This document shows, piece by piece, positions 61,040-64,000 of a stretch of DNA of 64,000 bases (the first letter of the stretch is position 1; the number at the start of each line of letters is the position of its first letter). The stretch comes from Octopus vulgaris. Its lineage: Eukaryota. The stretch is from contig OX597828.1 of the NCBI GenBank assembly GCA_951406725.2, forward strand, positions 806,001 through 870,000, read 5' to 3'. Made by a program: the position numbers and the translations under genes. The notes below the pieces were generated by a model. It was not told the origin of the DNA. It did not search any database and saw only the letters and a program-made list of their open reading frames with translations.

Positions 61040-61370
61040 GATTTTTATGCGATTGACGAAGAGACACACTACCAATGGCAAGCAAAATTAAAGGCTGTTA
61101 AGGGCTATCATATTCAAGATTTAAGCAAAACTATTGCTTAAAATCACGTGTTCTATTTTTGAAATTATAAACTGACCATTCACCGACAACAAATACAAGA
61201 CCCCAGTACTAGACAGATTCTCCTGAGTGGACACATTGACATATATGCAAAAATAAGTCCCCCAAATTAAAATCTTCCTACTCTATCTATGTTCAGTGAA
61301 TACCACAGATGAAGCACGGATAAACAAAGATATCTTTATACAAAAGTACAAACTAAGACTTAACAAATAA
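61040..61370 (+). mobile_element. Decayed Penelope-like GIY-YIG fragment
   Basis: IHRQQIQDPSTRQILLSGHID remnant. Confidence 0.55.
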
Positions 61371-61546
61371 CTGCCACTTAATAAGAGGAACTTACACAGT
61401 TAAGAACTTAAACTTTAACCACTGGACTACATACAAACGACTCTTGTCCACTCTCCCACCAGGTAGATTAAATTTAGAGTGCCTTGATTGTAACTAAACA
61501 TACTCGCTCATCTGTATCGGCTTTCATTTTAGGCACAAAATATATT

Positions 61547-61776
61547 GAAGGCGGCGAACAGGCAGAATCGTTAGCACGCCGGGCGAAAGCGTAGCGGTAT
61601 TTTGTCTGTCGTTACGTTGAGTTCAAATTCCGCCGAGGTCCACTTTGCCTTTCATCCTTTCGGGGTCGATAAATTAAGTACCAGTTACGCACTGGGGTCG
61701 ATGTAATCGACTTAATACCTATGTCTGTCCTTGTTTGTCCCCTCTATGTTTAGCCCCTTGTAGGTAGTAAAGAAAT
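61547..61776 (+). mobile_element. Intact tRNA-derived SINE with Tx1-like 3' tail
   Basis: A-box-like GGCAGAATCGTTAG and B-box GAGTTCAAATTCC. Flanked by AAATATATT at 61538-61546 and 61777-61785 (probable TSD). Confidence 0.88.
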
Positions 61777-62139
61777 AAATATATTATCATATGATACTAT
61801 CGCACCGACATAGTGGGAAACGTACAAATCGTAATCACGTGTTCATTCTCTACAATTACTTGACAGAAAACATTCAGAGCATTGACTGTTTGGTACTATC
61901 ACTGGACTTGTTTAGTCAACCGTGTCAGCCTTAACTTACGATCCTAAACAATGCTACTTGATATTAACACACGGACGTAGCGGGGAACCTACAAACATTT
62001 ACAAGTCCTGTCATGTGACTATCCTCTACCAATCAAATTCTATACAAAACATGGTGTTAGAAGGCGTTTTGTTGGTCACTCAATTGCGACCCACACATAA
62101 TAATCAAGGGGTTTGCTGTCTGGGGAGTTGGGTGGCCAG

Positions 62140-62679
62140 ATGTTAAGGGTGATGTGGTCGCAGAAATTGTCTGACAGCCATGACTGGGTTCTCCTGCTTG
62201 TGCAGCATGGTGCAGAGTCTGTTGCCAGATACAAAGTCTTCTAGTAGCACCCTCTTGACCCAAGGCTGCTCTACCTCCTCCAAGCCCTTGATGTAGATCT
62301 CCATGTTGAGTCTGATGCCGTGTGGGAAGATGAATGGAGGCATAACATCACTAGTCATCTCTAGTGATCACTCCAAACACCATGATGTTTACTGGATGTT
62401 TGATTTTTATCACTCTCGTTTTGGGGACACGTCAAGCCAACGGCTGTTCCGTATGTTCACCATATGCTCGTATTGGAGCCTCCGGCATGAATGCCAAGCA
62501 GTACAGTATATCGTTTCGAAATTTCTGGCAGAGTGAATTGCATCGTGGTGGTGTTTTTCTCACAGACAGTGCCCAACTGACCCTACTATACTGTGTAGTC
62601 AAGAAAATCAAACACAAACAATGTGCTTGCGCGAAATTAAAAATATGAAATGGTGATAATTTACCAATCGCACCCTGTA
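62140..62679 (-). mobile_element. Tc1/mariner transposon remnant
   Basis: TA-CAGGGTG terminus on the minus strand, and the transposase fragment MPPFIFPHGIRLNMEIYIKGLEEV. Confidence 0.7.
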
Positions 62680-62687
62680 TGTGTGTT

Positions 62688-62748
<61 letters not shown>

Positions 62749-63559
62749 GAAATTTACAGAAAAGAAAGAGAGGAAGACAGGTGTATGAACAAGAAGTAGG
62801 TATATTAGTTTGACGCTTGAGAAAGTGAGAAAGTCTTTTACATTTCGAGCCTACGCTCTTCAACAAAAAGGAATAAGAGAAAATGAACAGAGAGAGTTTT
62901 AAAAAAACTTGTGGATTTAACGATTGAGCATGGTGACTAATACACTAGAATATGAAATAGAAAGTCTTTACTACAGTATTATATATTTGAAAAAAATGAA
63001 CAGAAATGGCTTTTCTGATAATTTTTCCACTTTAATAATCAGACGTTTTTATGTGTATTTATGTGTGTGTGTGTGCGTGTGTGTATGTATGTGCGTGTGT
63101 GCGCGCGCGCGTGTGTGAATGTATGTGTAGTATGTGGTGGGGTCGTGTATGTGTGTGTCGACCAACGGCCGAGTTCGGTTCGAAAATTCAAGAATCTATC
63201 TAATTATAGATAAGGCATTTAACATACCGACTTTTAATTATGAATTTCAAAATCCGATTACAATACTAGATGTAAACAAAACACTGCACATACAAGGTGG
63301 AGGAGAATCTCTCATGGCTTCACTTGAGCTTTTCAATAAATTTCCCTTTGGCTTTCGTATCTGCACTATGCGTAGGTCAGGAACAACTTGGACTGTATCA
63401 GTGAAATAAATGCCATTTGTTTATAAATACCTAATTTTAATTCTACATCATATATCATGTAACTCCTTCAAGCTTTGACTCCTTAAATACACTTTGAGTA
63501 TTCCCACGGTATGTTGTATTGGTATGTGCCTATTCCTAAAAACGTCTAAACCACATTCC

Positions 63560-64000
63560 TAGCCTAACCTAGCTTTGACCGTTTGATCGTTGATGACGTC
63601 GCAACCATGATGTTTCCACTTCTCTGGGGCTTCTGTTGCTCTGTGAGTTGACGGAATTGAGGTCTGTCCACTTTTTGATGTTACAAACCCAGCTTTTCCT
63701 TAGCTTCACATGCCCAGCTTTCGTCCACCTTCCACAGTACCTTGCAGGATTGTCATTGCAAGGCCGGAGTTTCTTGTGACATGGTCTTACTATTTCAGTT
63801 TCTTTGATTTTACAATTGTCAGCAGATCTTTGTGTGGTCCAATATCCGAGGTTATTCTCATCCTCACTTCGTTATTCGTCCCGTGTTATTTGTTTGAGAT
63901 CTCCAGTGCGCTAACTTTTCTTCTCTAGTTTCGCTCTTAATGTCCGAGCCTCGCAGGCGCATATGAGATGGAAATTAGAAGTGACCACACCAGTCTGACT
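63560..64000 (-). mobile_element. RTE-clade LINE 3' fragment
   Basis: HVTRNSGLAMTILQGTVEGGR motif. Confidence 0.7.

Noticed and set aside
61547-61640. tRNA gene
   Set aside because: A/B boxes are present but there is no cloverleaf; the sequence continues into a SINE body with many decayed copies.

Overview
Eukaryotic genomic DNA that is AT-rich and saturated with repeats. The SINE families and (TA)n-embedded Penelope fragments resemble those of octopus, which is an inference and not a database match. 1-8620 is a nested cluster of Tx1-type (L1 group) non-LTR retroelements: two head-to-tail ORF1-only elements, then a full-length LINE with an intact 1131-aa APE-RT-CCHC ORF2 and a 12-bp target-site duplication, then a decayed ORF1 of a related family. 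All three elements carry the same AGGTAAGTRATG motif at the end of ORF1. They also share a non-poly(A) 3' hairpin tail with a tRNA-derived SINE at 61547-61776. The cluster appears to lie in an intron of a + strand WD40 gene, whose last four coding exons can be spliced by eye (9213-9396, 15594-15709, 19161-19254, 21728-21829). Two long uninterrupted - strand ORFs encode secreted chitin/polysaccharide deacetylase-like (CE4) proteins. One has an intact domain, a 16x14-aa sequon-rich repeat and a catalytically dead domain; the other has only a dead domain. The rest is Penelope-like remnants with several hammerhead ribozymes and fold-back palindromes, CR1-group, RTE and R4-like LINE fragments, hAT, pogo and mariner fossils, SINEs and microsatellites. 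All calls come from manual reading only.
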